Assembly: GCA_036390875.1 (NCBI GenBank)
Contig: DASWBB010000079.1
Location: forward strand, 5,086 to 69,085
Direction of reading: 5' to 3'
Origin: Candidatus Dormiibacterota bacterium
GTDB taxonomy: Bacteria; Chloroflexota; Dormibacteria; Dormibacterales; Dormibacteraceae
DNA length: 64,000 nt
The position numbers and the translations under genes were made by a program. The notes under the pieces were generated by a model that saw nothing but the letters and a program-made list of their open reading frames with translations, was not told where the DNA came from and did not search any database. This document shows, piece after piece, positions 1-8,856 of the stretch. Within the stretch, counting starts at the first letter, position 1. Every line of letters begins with the position of its first letter.

Positions 1-546
1 CGCGGGCGTCCACACCACCGTGTTGCCGGCCGCGAGCGCGGGGGCGATGAGCTCGGCGGCCATCGTCAGCGGCCAGTTCCAGGGCGTGATGATCCCGTAC
101 ACGCCGCGTGGGTAGTGGCGCGCGAAGATCAGCTTGCTTGGGCTTGCTGATGGAAGGACCCGACCCTCGAGCCGCTTCAGGTCCTCCGCCGCGATGCGGA
201 AGTACTCTGCGGCCTCATCGACCTCGCCCAGCGCCTCTGCCACCAGTGGCTTGCCCTGGTCGAGGGTGAGGATGTGGCCGAGCTCCTCGCGCCGGCGATC
301 GATCGCTTCGGCGATTTTGTGCAGCCGCCTCGACCGCTCGAAGCCTTTCAGCGCCGCCATCGGCCTTCTGGCGCGGTGCGCGGCCTCGATCGCCTTGCGC
401 GCATCGGCGCGCGTGCCTTTTGGCACCTCCGCGATCACCCCGCCGGTCGCGGGACTGGTGGCGTCGAAGTACTTGCCGCTCTCGGAATCGACCCATTTGC
501 CGTCGACGAACATCTTCTTGATCGAGCGGGCGACGTCCACCGTCAT
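1..546 (-). CDS. aldehyde dehydrogenase family protein, N-terminal ~182 codons (continues past the left edge)
   Basis: Absent from the ORF track because it has no stop in the window. My minus-strand translation from ATG 546-544 reads MTVDVARSIKKMFVDGKWVDSESGKYFDATSPATGG...RGVYGIITPWNWPLTMAAELIAPALAAGNTVVWTPA, an ALDH-type N-terminus with the ITPWNxP motif. ATGA overlap with the stop of the upstream alcohol dehydrogenase. Confidence 0.85.
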   Translation of the reverse strand, partial: MTVDVARSIKKMFVDGKWVDSESGKYFDATSPATGGVIAEVPKGTRADARKAIEAAHRARRPMAALKGFERSRRLHKIAEAIDRRREELGHILTLDQGKPLVAEALGEVDEAAEYFRIAAEDLKRLEGRVLPSASPSKLIFARHYPRGVYGIITPWNWPLTMAAELIAPALAAGNTVVWTPA

Positions 547-1751
547 TTCTTGTCTCCAGTCATGCGAGCTGCGCGTTTGCTGCCGAGGTCGAATGCGCGT
601 GCGTAGATACGACGGTACGCGCCGGCATCGACGTCACGCGGGTTGCCGATGCTCTGCGGGTCGGCGGCTGCCTTGTCCGCGAGCATCGGGATCTCTTCCC
701 GAGCGAAGCCGAGCTCTTCGAGGCTCGGGATCTCCACGTCGACCGTCAACTGGTGTACGTATTCCACGGCCATCTCGGCGGCGCGCCACACCGATACGTC
801 GCGCACGTCGATTCCGAAAGCGGTGGCCATGCGCGCAAAACGCTCAGGCTCGCCGGCGTGGTTGTATTCCATGACCGGGCCGAGCAGGCGCGCGGTGAGC
901 GCGCCGTGGGGCGCGTCGTGCACGCCGCCGGCCGTCTGGCTCATGGCATGCGCCGCGCCGGCCGAGTCGGTGCCGTAAGCAAGCCCTGCGAGCATCGCCG
1001 CCGCGCTCATGTGGTAGCGGGCTTCGACGTTGGCGCCCTGCGAGAAGGCGACGCGCAGATAGCGAGCCACGTACTCCATCGCCAGCAGCGCCACCGCATC
1101 GGTGAAGGGCTGGTGGTAGGTCATCGTGTAGCACTCGACGGCGTGCGCAAGCGCGTCCATCCCGGTGCCCGCGGTGACGCCGGCCGGGAGCTTCACCGTG
1201 AGCTCGGGGTCGATGACCGCGACCCAGGACGCGATGTTCGGCGTGCCGCCGACGTTGAACTTGATCTTTCGCTTTGGGTCGGTGATCACGGCCCACAGCG
1301 TCACCTCGCTGCCGGTGCCGGCGGTGGTCGGCACGGCGATCAGGGGCGGGATGCGCTTGGCGATCGGGCTGTGCCCCCACTCGTACTCGAGGATGCTCCC
1401 ATCGTGCGCGGCCACGACCCCGATGCCCTTGGCCGTGTCGATGGAGCTGCCGCCGCCGATCGCGACGAGGCCGTCGCAGCCCTGCGCGCGATACTCGGCG
1501 GCGCCGGCGTCGACCAGCTCGACGCCGGGGTTGGCGCGCACGCGATCGAACACCACCGGCTCGCAGTCCGCCGCGCGGAGGACCTCGAGCGCGGTGTCGA
1601 GCAGGCCGGCCCCTTTGACGCCGGGGTCGGTTACGAGCAGCGGCCGCCTAATGCCCAGCAACCCGGCCTCGGTCCCCAGCTCGCGGATGGCGCCGAGTCG
1701 CTGGACGAGACGGGTCGGGCTCTGGTAGGTGCGAAGTGTGTATTCCAGCAT
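543..1751 (-). CDS. iron-containing (group III) alcohol dehydrogenase
   Basis: 402-aa ORF with the GGGSSIDTAKG motif and the conserved His pattern (ALAHAVECY, GAAHAMSQ, PHGAL) of the Fe-ADH family. Confidence 0.9.
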   Translation of the reverse strand: MLEYTLRTYQSPTRLVQRLGAIRELGTEAGLLGIRRPLLVTDPGVKGAGLLDTALEVLRAADCEPVVFDRVRANPGVELVDAGAAEYRAQGCDGLVAIGGGSSIDTAKGIGVVAAHDGSILEYEWGHSPIAKRIPPLIAVPTTAGTGSEVTLWAVITDPKRKIKFNVGGTPNIASWVAVIDPELTVKLPAGVTAGTGMDALAHAVECYTMTYHQPFTDAVALLAMEYVARYLRVAFSQGANVEARYHMSAAAMLAGLAYGTDSAGAAHAMSQTAGGVHDAPHGALTARLLGPVMEYNHAGEPERFARMATAFGIDVRDVSVWRAAEMAVEYVHQLTVDVEIPSLEELGFAREEIPMLADKAAADPQSIGNPRDVDAGAYRRIYARAFDLGSKRAARMTGDKK

Positions 1752-1764
1752 GGTTAGAAAGAGT

Positions 1765-1790
1765 GGCCGCCGGGCCGAAGCCCGGCGGCC
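1765..1790 (-). terminator. GC-rich hairpin downstream of the permease gene (possible terminator/attenuator)
   Basis: ggccgccgggc-cgaa-gcccggcggcc, an 11-bp perfect stem. On the minus strand it is followed by ACTCTTTCT. Confidence 0.45.
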
Positions 1791-1799
1791 GTAGAGCTT

Positions 1800-3440
1800 C
1801 TATTCAACCGGAATCTCGTGGTGGATGCGGTTGAGGTCGATTCCCTGCCGCCGCCTGACATAGAAGGCGACGACGTAGATGATTACCGCCACCACATACG
1901 TGGCGACGAAATACCACACCGAGTTCAGGGTCTTCTGGAACGAGGTTCCGTACAGGTTGTCTGGGTTGAACGACCACTGGTAGAGCATGAAGAGCAGGAA
2001 CAACCCAGTGATCACGCCGACGATGGTGATCGCCGGAACGCCGGCGACCTTGTAGCGCACGATCGGCGACGCCTCGTACAGGTCCTTGCGCCGCCACGGG
2101 AGGATGACAGCGGCGATGACAGTGGCGAGGAACGTCAGGGCAAGCACGGCGGTTGCGTCGAGAAATACGCTCTGGAAGTCCGGCTTGTAGGCCCACACTG
2201 CGCTGACCACAACGGACGGCACGATCATCAAGATCAGCGAGCCGTAGGGGACGCGCCGCTTCGCCGAGATGTTGGCCGCCCACGAAGGCAGCACCCGGTC
2301 GAAGGCGGCGGCAAAGATGACTCGCGTCGACGAGAGAAAGAGGGTCCCGGCCCAGCCGAAGAACCAAAGGCCCATGACGATGATCAGCAGCGCCTGGAAA
2401 AGCTGGTTGTCGACCAGCCAGCCCGCGAACATCACCGGGTAGGGCCATGTGCCGACTGGAGCAGTGCCCGCGTACCAGGCGGCGTTGGCGGCGTTGTAGA
2501 ACTGCCAGCCCATCGTCTTGACCACCAGGATCACGACAAGGGCGACCATGCCGATCGTCACCCACAGTCCCAAGAACATGCTCCAGAAAGGCTTGCGGAT
2601 GTCCTTGGCGCCGCGGACCTCACCGTAGAGGGTGGCACCCCAGTTGGGCCAGAGCAAGTAGAAGGCGAGAAACGGCAGGACCAGGAAGATCGGCCCGAAC
2701 GAGAAGAAGCCGAAGTCGTGCGGAGCGTAGCCGGCCTTTGTCCCGGCGTCGATGGTCGCCTGGTAAGCGTTCGCGGGCGCGCCGAAGAGGCTGGTTGCTT
2801 CGCGGTTGAAGGCAGATTGGAAGTCGCTCTGGCTGGCGAACAGCAACAGGCCGCAGACGACGGCCAGACCCACGACCCCGATCCAGAAGCAGATCTTCTG
2901 GATGCGCGCGTAAGTCTCCATGCCCAGCGTCACCACGACGCTGACGAAGGCCAGCACGATCAGGCAGCTCACGAAGATGCCGTTATGGCTGGTGAAGAAC
3001 GTGGCGACGCTCGACCAGCCGAGCGTATACGCCAGCGGCAGAAAGAACTGAACGTTCAGGATGTTGGCATAGATCGGAGCCCAGAGGAACAGGGTGAACC
3101 ACCACCCGGTGATGGATAGTACGAAGCCGAGGCCGCCCCCCAGGACACGGCTCTGCCATGCATAATCGCCGCCCGTGCGGGGCATGACGCTCACCATCAT
3201 CGCGTAGGTGACGACGAGGAATGTGGTGAGCACCCCGAAGACCAGGATCGCGGCGAGCAGCTGACCGTCGGGCACCCAGTAGACATAAGACATCCCGTAC
3301 AGGCCGAGGGTGATCAGGTTCACGGACCAGAACGAATAAACGAAGGCATCGAACGTCGACCAGGCCTTGACCAACCCGGTCGCGTTGCGCAGAAACAGCG
3401 TCGGCCGCGACCCGGCCGATCCCATCGTCGTGTCAGCCAT
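1800..3440 (-). CDS. APC-family amino acid/polyamine permease
   Basis: 546-aa highly hydrophobic ORF with about 12 or more predicted TM segments. N-terminal layout is typical of APC superfamily permeases. Confidence 0.8.
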   Translation of the reverse strand: MADTTMGSAGSRPTLFLRNATGLVKAWSTFDAFVYSFWSVNLITLGLYGMSYVYWVPDGQLLAAILVFGVLTTFLVVTYAMMVSVMPRTGGDYAWQSRVLGGGLGFVLSITGWWFTLFLWAPIYANILNVQFFLPLAYTLGWSSVATFFTSHNGIFVSCLIVLAFVSVVVTLGMETYARIQKICFWIGVVGLAVVCGLLLFASQSDFQSAFNREATSLFGAPANAYQATIDAGTKAGYAPHDFGFFSFGPIFLVLPFLAFYLLWPNWGATLYGEVRGAKDIRKPFWSMFLGLWVTIGMVALVVILVVKTMGWQFYNAANAAWYAGTAPVGTWPYPVMFAGWLVDNQLFQALLIIVMGLWFFGWAGTLFLSSTRVIFAAAFDRVLPSWAANISAKRRVPYGSLILMIVPSVVVSAVWAYKPDFQSVFLDATAVLALTFLATVIAAVILPWRRKDLYEASPIVRYKVAGVPAITIVGVITGLFLLFMLYQWSFNPDNLYGTSFQKTLNSVWYFVATYVVAVIIYVVAFYVRRRQGIDLNRIHHEIPVE

Positions 3441-3466
3441 GTTTTTCTCTCCTTCTCCCTATCGCG

Positions 3467-4402
3467 TTACCCGTTGACCAACTGGTAGCTCTTGATGCCC
3501 TTCTTGGCATCGAGGTTGATCACCGCGGCCATGAGCATCCCCTCCTCGTAGGCGCTGCCGGGGTTGATCGCAAGCGTCTTGCCGAGCTTGACCGCGCCCT
3601 TGCTCTCATGAATGTGTCCATGCAGGGACAGGAGCGGCTGGTGCTTGTCGATCGCCTGGCGGACCGCAGTGGAGCCGACCGGGCGCAGCGCGCGCCCACC
3701 GTGCATGAGTTTGAGGTCAGCGTCGATGGCCGGAGCCTCGTCCAGGCCCGAGCGGTAGGGCGGGCAGTGGAGGTTGAAGATGGCGTGCGAGAAATCGCTG
3801 ATGTTGCGCGCCATCTCCTCGATCCGCTCGCCGAGCTTCTCCTCGGTCTCCTCTCGGTGGGTGTGCCACGGCGTGTGATTGGACCAACCCGTGGAGATCA
3901 TCGTGAATCCGTCGATCTCCACCATGCGCCCCTCGCCCAGCTGAACCAAGTCCGATTCCCGGACGACGTCGTCAACCTCCATCTCGTCGTCGTTACCCGG
4001 GCACACGAAGATACGCACCCCGGAGCCCCGGAGCTTCTCCCCCGCCATGTTCATCCAGCGCCGGACGCCGTCCAGCATGATCTGCTGAAAGGTTTCCTTC
4101 CTCTTCTCCGCGTCCTCGTCCAGCTCCTGCAAGCGTGCGGGCGTGACATGCAGCGGGTAGTAGCCCTTCCGCCGGATCTGGTTCTCGATGTCGCCGACCT
4201 GGCTGGCCGTGACCACCTGGCGTTCGCTGGCGATGGTGACCGTGTAGTGACCGTTTTCCTCGACGATGGGGATCATCGCCTTGCCTGTCATGTCGCCGCC
4301 GCAGATGAGGATCTCGGCGTCATAGAACTTGGCCGCGTTCAGGAACTTGCGCCAGCACATCTCGGAGCCGTGCAGGTCGGTGGCGAAAAAGACTCGTGGC
4401 AT
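3467..4402 (-). CDS. metallophosphoesterase (calcineurin-like)
   Basis: Start moved to the internal ATG (MPRVFFATDLHGSE...). The upstream 72 codons of the ORF are Cys/Ser-rich nonsense that overlaps the GntR gene. Motifs DLHG, GGD, GNDD and GHIH are present. Confidence 0.8.
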   Translation of the reverse strand: MPRVFFATDLHGSEMCWRKFLNAAKFYDAEILICGGDMTGKAMIPIVEENGHYTVTIASERQVVTASQVGDIENQIRRKGYYPLHVTPARLQELDEDAEKRKETFQQIMLDGVRRWMNMAGEKLRGSGVRIFVCPGNDDEMEVDDVVRESDLVQLGEGRMVEIDGFTMISTGWSNHTPWHTHREETEEKLGERIEEMARNISDFSHAIFNLHCPPYRSGLDEAPAIDADLKLMHGGRALRPVGSTAVRQAIDKHQPLLSLHGHIHESKGAVKLGKTLAINPGSAYEEGMLMAAVINLDAKKGIKSYQLVNG

Positions 4403-4406
4403 TTGC

Positions 4407-5171
4407 CTACCTCTCCACCAGCACTTTGCGAATCTCCCGTTCGAACCCGATGACGTGCCGCTGCATGACTTCCTCGGCGCGCCGTCCGTCGCCGGCGAGC
4501 ACTGCTCGCAGCAGCTCGACGTGCTCTTCGACTGCTTCGCGCAGGCGCACGCCCCGATCGAGGACCAGGTACCACAGCCGCAGGCTGAGGTTGAAATACC
4601 GGTCGAGCGTGTTTTCAAGAAATGAGTTGCGTGTGGAGCGATAGATCTGCCGGTGGATGGCCTGGTCGAGCCGCATGAGCTCGCGCTGGTTGGTGACCTC
4701 GACCTGGTCGAGGCGCTCGAGGAGCTCGCCTATCGCCTCGTGGTCGGTGGCAGTCCTGCGCTCCGCGGCCAGCTTGGCCGCGTGGCCTTCGAGGACGACC
4801 CGGACCTCGGTGATCCGGGCTAGATCGGTGATGTTGATGTCGGTGACGAAGGTTCCGCGGTGGGGCACGCTGCGAACGAGGTTTTCCCACGCAAGGCGCT
4901 GCAGGGCTTCACGAATCGGCGTGCGCCCGATCTCAAGCTCGTCACGCAGCCGTCCCTCCTCGACCACCGAGCCAGGCGGCATGTCGAGGCACACGATGCG
5001 GTCTCGAATCCGAAGGTAGGCTTCCTCGCTTTGGGAGCGCGCGACATCCGGGACGGAGCTGGACACATGACGAGTTCCCAGCGCGCGAGCCTGCGAGACC
5101 AACCCCCGTCGTCCCTCCCAAATCGCGCCTCGGCCGATATGCGACCGATATACCGGCGCGAAACGTAGCAC
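4407..5171 (-). CDS. GntR/FadR-family transcriptional regulator
   Basis: Winged-HTH segment RLRDELEIGRTPIREALQRLAWENLV followed by an all-helical FCD-like domain. The start is uncertain (possibly an internal GTG near 5066). The stop lies 4 nt before the phosphoesterase ATG. Confidence 0.8.
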   Translation of the reverse strand: MLRFAPVYRSHIGRGAIWEGRRGLVSQARALGTRHVSSSVPDVARSQSEEAYLRIRDRIVCLDMPPGSVVEEGRLRDELEIGRTPIREALQRLAWENLVRSVPHRGTFVTDINITDLARITEVRVVLEGHAAKLAAERRTATDHEAIGELLERLDQVEVTNQRELMRLDQAIHRQIYRSTRNSFLENTLDRYFNLSLRLWYLVLDRGVRLREAVEEHVELLRAVLAGDGRRAEEVMQRHVIGFEREIRKVLVER

Positions 5172-5198
5172 CGCCCGGAAAGTCCGTCAAATGCGGTG

Positions 5199-5249
5199 CC
5201 TCCCCACCGGGTGGGGAGGTGGCCTGCGCCCGCGCAGCGGGCCCAGGCC
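5199..5249 (-). terminator. two adjacent strong hairpins between the MFS gene and the GntR gene
   Basis: cctccccac-cgg-gtggggagg (5199-5219) and ggcctgcgcccgc-gca-gcgggcccaggcc (5221-5249). Confidence 0.4.
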
Positions 5250-5281
5250 GGTGGGGAGAATCGAACTCTTGTCGTGAGGGC

Positions 5282-6457
5282 CTAGTCCGGCAAGGGCGAG
5301 GCGCGGGTCTCGGGCAGGAGGAGCAGGAGCGCCGAGCCGGCGAAGGCGACGACGCCGGTCAATCCCAGCGCGATTCCAAGGCCGAGGGATTGCGAGAGCA
5401 GGCCGACCGCCTGCAGCCCCGCCACGCTCCCCACCCCCGCCGCGACCGCTCCTATTGCCTCCGCCGTTGCTCGCGCCCGGGTCGGAAAGAGCTCTGCCGT
5501 CCAGGCTCCGAACACGGGCGTGGCCGCGCTGGCGAATGAGCTCCAGAGCACGTTGCCGAGCACGAACACCGGCGTCCCGGCGATGAAGCTGACTCCCGCC
5601 GACACGGCGGTGGCGGCTGTGAGCGCGGTTCCGGGATATCTGCGTCCGAAGCGGTCGGTCAGGAAACCCCCAGCGACGTAAGACGCTCCACCGGCCACTC
5701 CGGAGACGGCGATCAGCTCGCTGATCCCGACCGGGGTCATGTGCAGGCTCTGAGTCGCGAACAGGGTGAACAGCAAACCGGCCGGTTCGAGGAGCACTGC
5801 CAGCAGCGCCGTGGTGCCGGCGATCACGAACAGGCGGCGGCGCCACGCAGGCTGGATGAGGAGTCGCAGCGCCGAGCCCGAAAACCGTGCCCGCTGCCAG
5901 GCGCGCCCCTCGGGCAACCTCATCCAGATCAGCGGGGCTGCCACCAGCCCGATTCCCCCGGCCAGGAAAAGCCATCGCCAGTGGGGCGCGACCACCGGGT
6001 AGGCGATGACGGTGAGTCCGGTGCCCGCCCCGCTGAGCACCGCAAGCACGCTCACCGCCTGGCCTCGGCGCGCCGGTGGCGCCTCCTCGACGATCAGCGC
6101 GGTGGCCACGCCGCCGACCAGGACCTCGAAGCACACGGCGATCAGTCGCAGGACCGCCAGCGCCTCGAGGGACGGCGCGAACGCGCTCGCGAAGTTTGCG
6201 ATCGAAAAACCGGCGACCCCCACAGCGATCAATCGCCGCCGGCCGAAGCGGTCGGCCAGCGTGGCCAGCGGCAGAGCGCCGAGCCCTCCGAGGGCGAGCA
6301 CCGAGCCGAGGTTCGAGAGGGCCGGTACGCGTGCATGAAATTCACTCGCGATCGCCGGCAGGGCGAGCACGAGGACCGACCCGTCGAAGGCCGTGAGCAC
6401 CACCGCCAGACCGGCCCAGATCAGGGTTCGCCGTTGTTGGTGGTCTAGGTGCACCAC
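5282..6457 (-). CDS. MFS transporter
   Basis: 391-aa ORF with about 12 TM segments and an MFS-type loop motif (LADRFGRRRL). Confidence 0.85.
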   Translation of the reverse strand: MVHLDHQQRRTLIWAGLAVVLTAFDGSVLVLALPAIASEFHARVPALSNLGSVLALGGLGALPLATLADRFGRRRLIAVGVAGFSIANFASAFAPSLEALAVLRLIAVCFEVLVGGVATALIVEEAPPARRGQAVSVLAVLSGAGTGLTVIAYPVVAPHWRWLFLAGGIGLVAAPLIWMRLPEGRAWQRARFSGSALRLLIQPAWRRRLFVIAGTTALLAVLLEPAGLLFTLFATQSLHMTPVGISELIAVSGVAGGASYVAGGFLTDRFGRRYPGTALTAATAVSAGVSFIAGTPVFVLGNVLWSSFASAATPVFGAWTAELFPTRARATAEAIGAVAAGVGSVAGLQAVGLLSQSLGLGIALGLTGVVAFAGSALLLLLPETRASPLPD

Positions 6458-7069
6458 CTACGCGAAACCGAGCTTCTTCAGGAGATACGGGCCTGGGCCG
6501 AGGAATCCGCAAGTGGCCGCGATGTGAGCGAGCGAGACCCCCAGCAGCGATGGTGGGCCCGGAAGGAGCCAGAACGCCAGGCCCAGAGGGATGCCAACGA
6601 GCGCTGTCGCCAGCGTCTCGGCCCAGGGCCAGGCGAGCCGGTGATAAAGGACGTAAGCGGCGGTGCCGGCGGCAAAACCCACCGGCGCCCCCAGCACGAC
6701 GCCAAGCCCGCCCTGGACCAACCCGCGGAAGAAGGCCTCCTCGATCGGTCCGTTGAGAACGTAGAAGGCGGCCTGGAATGCAGCGTCGTCGACTCCGGCC
6801 GGAACGCTCAGAGCGCCCCGGCGCCGGGCCAGGCGAAGCTGCACGAAGGCCGCCGCCACGAACAGCACCGGCGCGGCCACGGCGGCGAACGCGAGCTGCG
6901 CACCGAGGCGGCCGGTCGAGAAGCCGAGCCATGAAGGCCGCCAGACGATCTCGACCACAGCCACGACCGCCGCGAACGGAAGCAGGCGCTGCAGGAGGTC
7001 GGGGGCCATCCACGCCCAGCTCTCGGGAATACGGGTGAGCACGGTTCGCGTTGCACGTACAGGCCTCAT
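6458..7069 (-). CDS. CPBP-family intramembrane glutamic endopeptidase (CAAX protease-like)
   Basis: Polytopic ORF carrying the diagnostic EEAFFRG motif (GPIEEAFFRGLVQGG). It abuts the MFS start directly. Confidence 0.8.
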   Translation of the reverse strand: MRPVRATRTVLTRIPESWAWMAPDLLQRLLPFAAVVAVVEIVWRPSWLGFSTGRLGAQLAFAAVAAPVLFVAAAFVQLRLARRRGALSVPAGVDDAAFQAAFYVLNGPIEEAFFRGLVQGGLGVVLGAPVGFAAGTAAYVLYHRLAWPWAETLATALVGIPLGLAFWLLPGPPSLLGVSLAHIAATCGFLGPGPYLLKKLGFA

Positions 7070-7664
7070 GGAGTTCGAGCTCTACTACGACTATCTCTGC
7101 CCATTCGTTTACCGAGCGTCATTGCTGCTGGCGAACGTGGCCGCCGAGCGACCGATCGACGTTCGGTGGCGTTATTTCTCACTCGCCCAGGTGAACTCGA
7201 AACAAGAGGGCTGGACCGTGTGGGATGGCCCTGCCGCCGAGAAGGTGCGCGGCCGGCTCGCGTTCAAGGCCGCCGAGGCCGCCCGCCGGCAGGATCGCTT
7301 CAACCCCTTCCATGCCAACCTGCTCGCGGCTCGACATCAAGACCGGCTCGACATCGACGACGCCGGGGTTGTCGAGCAGGTCGCCGAGGAATCCGGTCTG
7401 GAGCTCGAACGCTTTCGCCGCGATCTCGACGACCCGGCCATCCTCGACGCGCTCGCTCGCGACCACAAGCACGCGGTTGCCACTCACGGCGTGTTTGGAA
7501 CCCCCACCTTCGTATTTCCCAATGGAGCCTCAGCGTACATTCGCCTCGCCGAGGCGCCCAGCGGCGCCGGTGCGCTGCGCCTGTTTGACAGCCTGCTGGC
7601 CATCGCGGTGGATGAGCCGCGCGTGCTCGAGATCAAGCGTCCGACGCGACCCTCGCCCGACTGA
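7068..7664 (+). CDS. DsbA-family thioredoxin-fold protein
   Basis: Start placed at MEFELYYDYLCPFVYRAS (N-terminal beta-strand plus Cys-Pro active-site region). C-terminal GVFGTPTFVF is typical of the DsbA/HCCA-isomerase fold. Confidence 0.7.
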   Translation: MEFELYYDYLCPFVYRASLLLANVAAERPIDVRWRYFSLAQVNSKQEGWTVWDGPAAEKVRGRLAFKAAEAARRQDRFNPFHANLLAARHQDRLDIDDAGVVEQVAEESGLELERFRRDLDDPAILDALARDHKHAVATHGVFGTPTFVFPNGASAYIRLAEAPSGAGALRLFDSLLAIAVDEPRVLEIKRPTRPSPD

Positions 7665-7700
7665 AGCGTCCAGCCCCGGAAGTTCCTTGCACCTTCGCGA

Positions 7701-7876
7701 CCTAGGCGGCCGGGCGCCCTCTCACCCTGGGAATCTGGCGATTCCGCTCGGAGCCCGAGAGGGCGCTGAAGCCTGCGTCGCGGGACCCGGCGCGGCTTTG
7801 TCACGCATCTAGCGATGCGCTCCTAGCCGCGCCACCCTTTCCTTGGCTCCGGGGCTCCGGCCGCCGATGCCGCGAA
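7701..7876 (+). repeat. interspersed intergenic repeat, copy A
   Basis: Shares blocks cctag(g/t)cggccgggcgc, ggcgctgaagcc, gtcacgcatcta(c)gcgatgcgctcc, ccttggctccgg and ccgccga(t/g)gccgcg, in the same order and orientation, with 30129-30258. Copy A carries an extra internal hairpin, gcgccctctc...gagagggcgc. Confidence 0.6.
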
Positions 7877-7968
7877 TTTGCGGCGGACCTCCGGGTCCGG
7901 ACGCTTAACAGCTCTTTACCTCGCGGCCGGGTAGAACAGGCCCTTCGGAAGTTGTCTGTTTCGGATCA

Positions 7969-8856
7969 GTGCGCACGACGGGGGATGGATTTCTGAGTCG
8001 GTGGATGGCCGCTCCTCGCGGTTCCGGGGAGACCGACGGCGGGGACTCCTCGCCCAACAAGGAGGCCGATTTCATCGTCCTGCCTGCCGCAGCGAGCGAT
8101 GCCTGGCGCACCTGGCTGATGACTGGCGCACGCCGGCCGCCCTTCGACCGGCACCGCATCAACGGCGGCCACAGGGGTTTGAAGAAGCTGATGATCGAGG
8201 GTACGGCGACTCCACCTGATCGGTCGCTGCCCTGGAACGACTTCTCGGCCGCAATGATCCGCCAGGCTGTGGACGAAGCCCTGAACACGCTGCCCTCAGG
8301 CCACAAGCAGGCAGTCAAGCTGGCGTACTTCGGCGGGTTCACCAACCAGGAGATCGCGGAACACCTCGGCGTAGGTGAGCGCGCCGTCAGGCGAATGCTG
8401 CAAGTCGCGCTGGCCACGGTCAGCTCTCATGTCGAGCGCGGCAAGTCCACGACGCGCAGGGTCATCTACTTCCTGGCGGTAGGGGCTGCGGCTCGACAGC
8501 TCCTCGACTTTCTGCGGCGGATGCCGGGGATGGATCAGGCGGCGCAAGCAGGTGTGGTCGTCGTTGCGGGTGTGGTGACGGCCTCAGTCCTGGTCAGCAA
8601 CTCGCCCACGCCGGCGCAGTTGACGCACGCAGATCGAGGCCGCGTCTCCGTGGCGTCGCCCGCCCCCGGCGCGGCGATTCCAGACTCGAATTCACCGCTT
8701 GGGACCGTCAGCGGCGCCGCGCCGGTGTCGCTGACGTCTGCGCCACCGCTGCCAGGTCCGTCCCCGCTTCCGATCAGGGTATCGGCGCCCCCGGTGAACC
8801 TGCCGGTTAGTGTCCCGACGCCTCCCACATTGCCGACGCCTCCCACCCTACCTTAG
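7969..8856 (+). CDS. sigma-70 region-4 (HTH) domain protein with a TM segment and a Pro-rich C-terminal tail
   Basis: LPSGHKQAVKLAYFGGFTNQEIAEHLGVGERAVRRMLQVAL is a clear ECF-sigma region 4.2. No region 2 is recognisable upstream. A hydrophobic stretch (AGVVVVAGVVTASVLV) is followed by a PxP-rich tail. The start is uncertain. Confidence 0.6.
   Translation: MRTTGDGFLSRWMAAPRGSGETDGGDSSPNKEADFIVLPAAASDAWRTWLMTGARRPPFDRHRINGGHRGLKKLMIEGTATPPDRSLPWNDFSAAMIRQAVDEALNTLPSGHKQAVKLAYFGGFTNQEIAEHLGVGERAVRRMLQVALATVSSHVERGKSTTRRVIYFLAVGAAARQLLDFLRRMPGMDQAAQAGVVVVAGVVTASVLVSNSPTPAQLTHADRGRVSVASPAPGAAIPDSNSPLGTVSGAAPVSLTSAPPLPGPSPLPIRVSAPPVNLPVSVPTPPTLPTPPTLP

Noticed and set aside
5250-5268. tRNA-like 3' fragment on the minus strand (reverse complement GAGTTCGATTCTCCCCACC, T-loop-like TTCGATT)
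   Set aside because: Only 3 of 5 T-stem pairs form. No complementary acceptor 5' strand, D-arm or anticodon arm is present in the ~60 nt upstream, which moreover overlaps the MFS coding end. It is at most a relic. The shared GGTGGGGAG with the adjacent hairpin may be coincidental.
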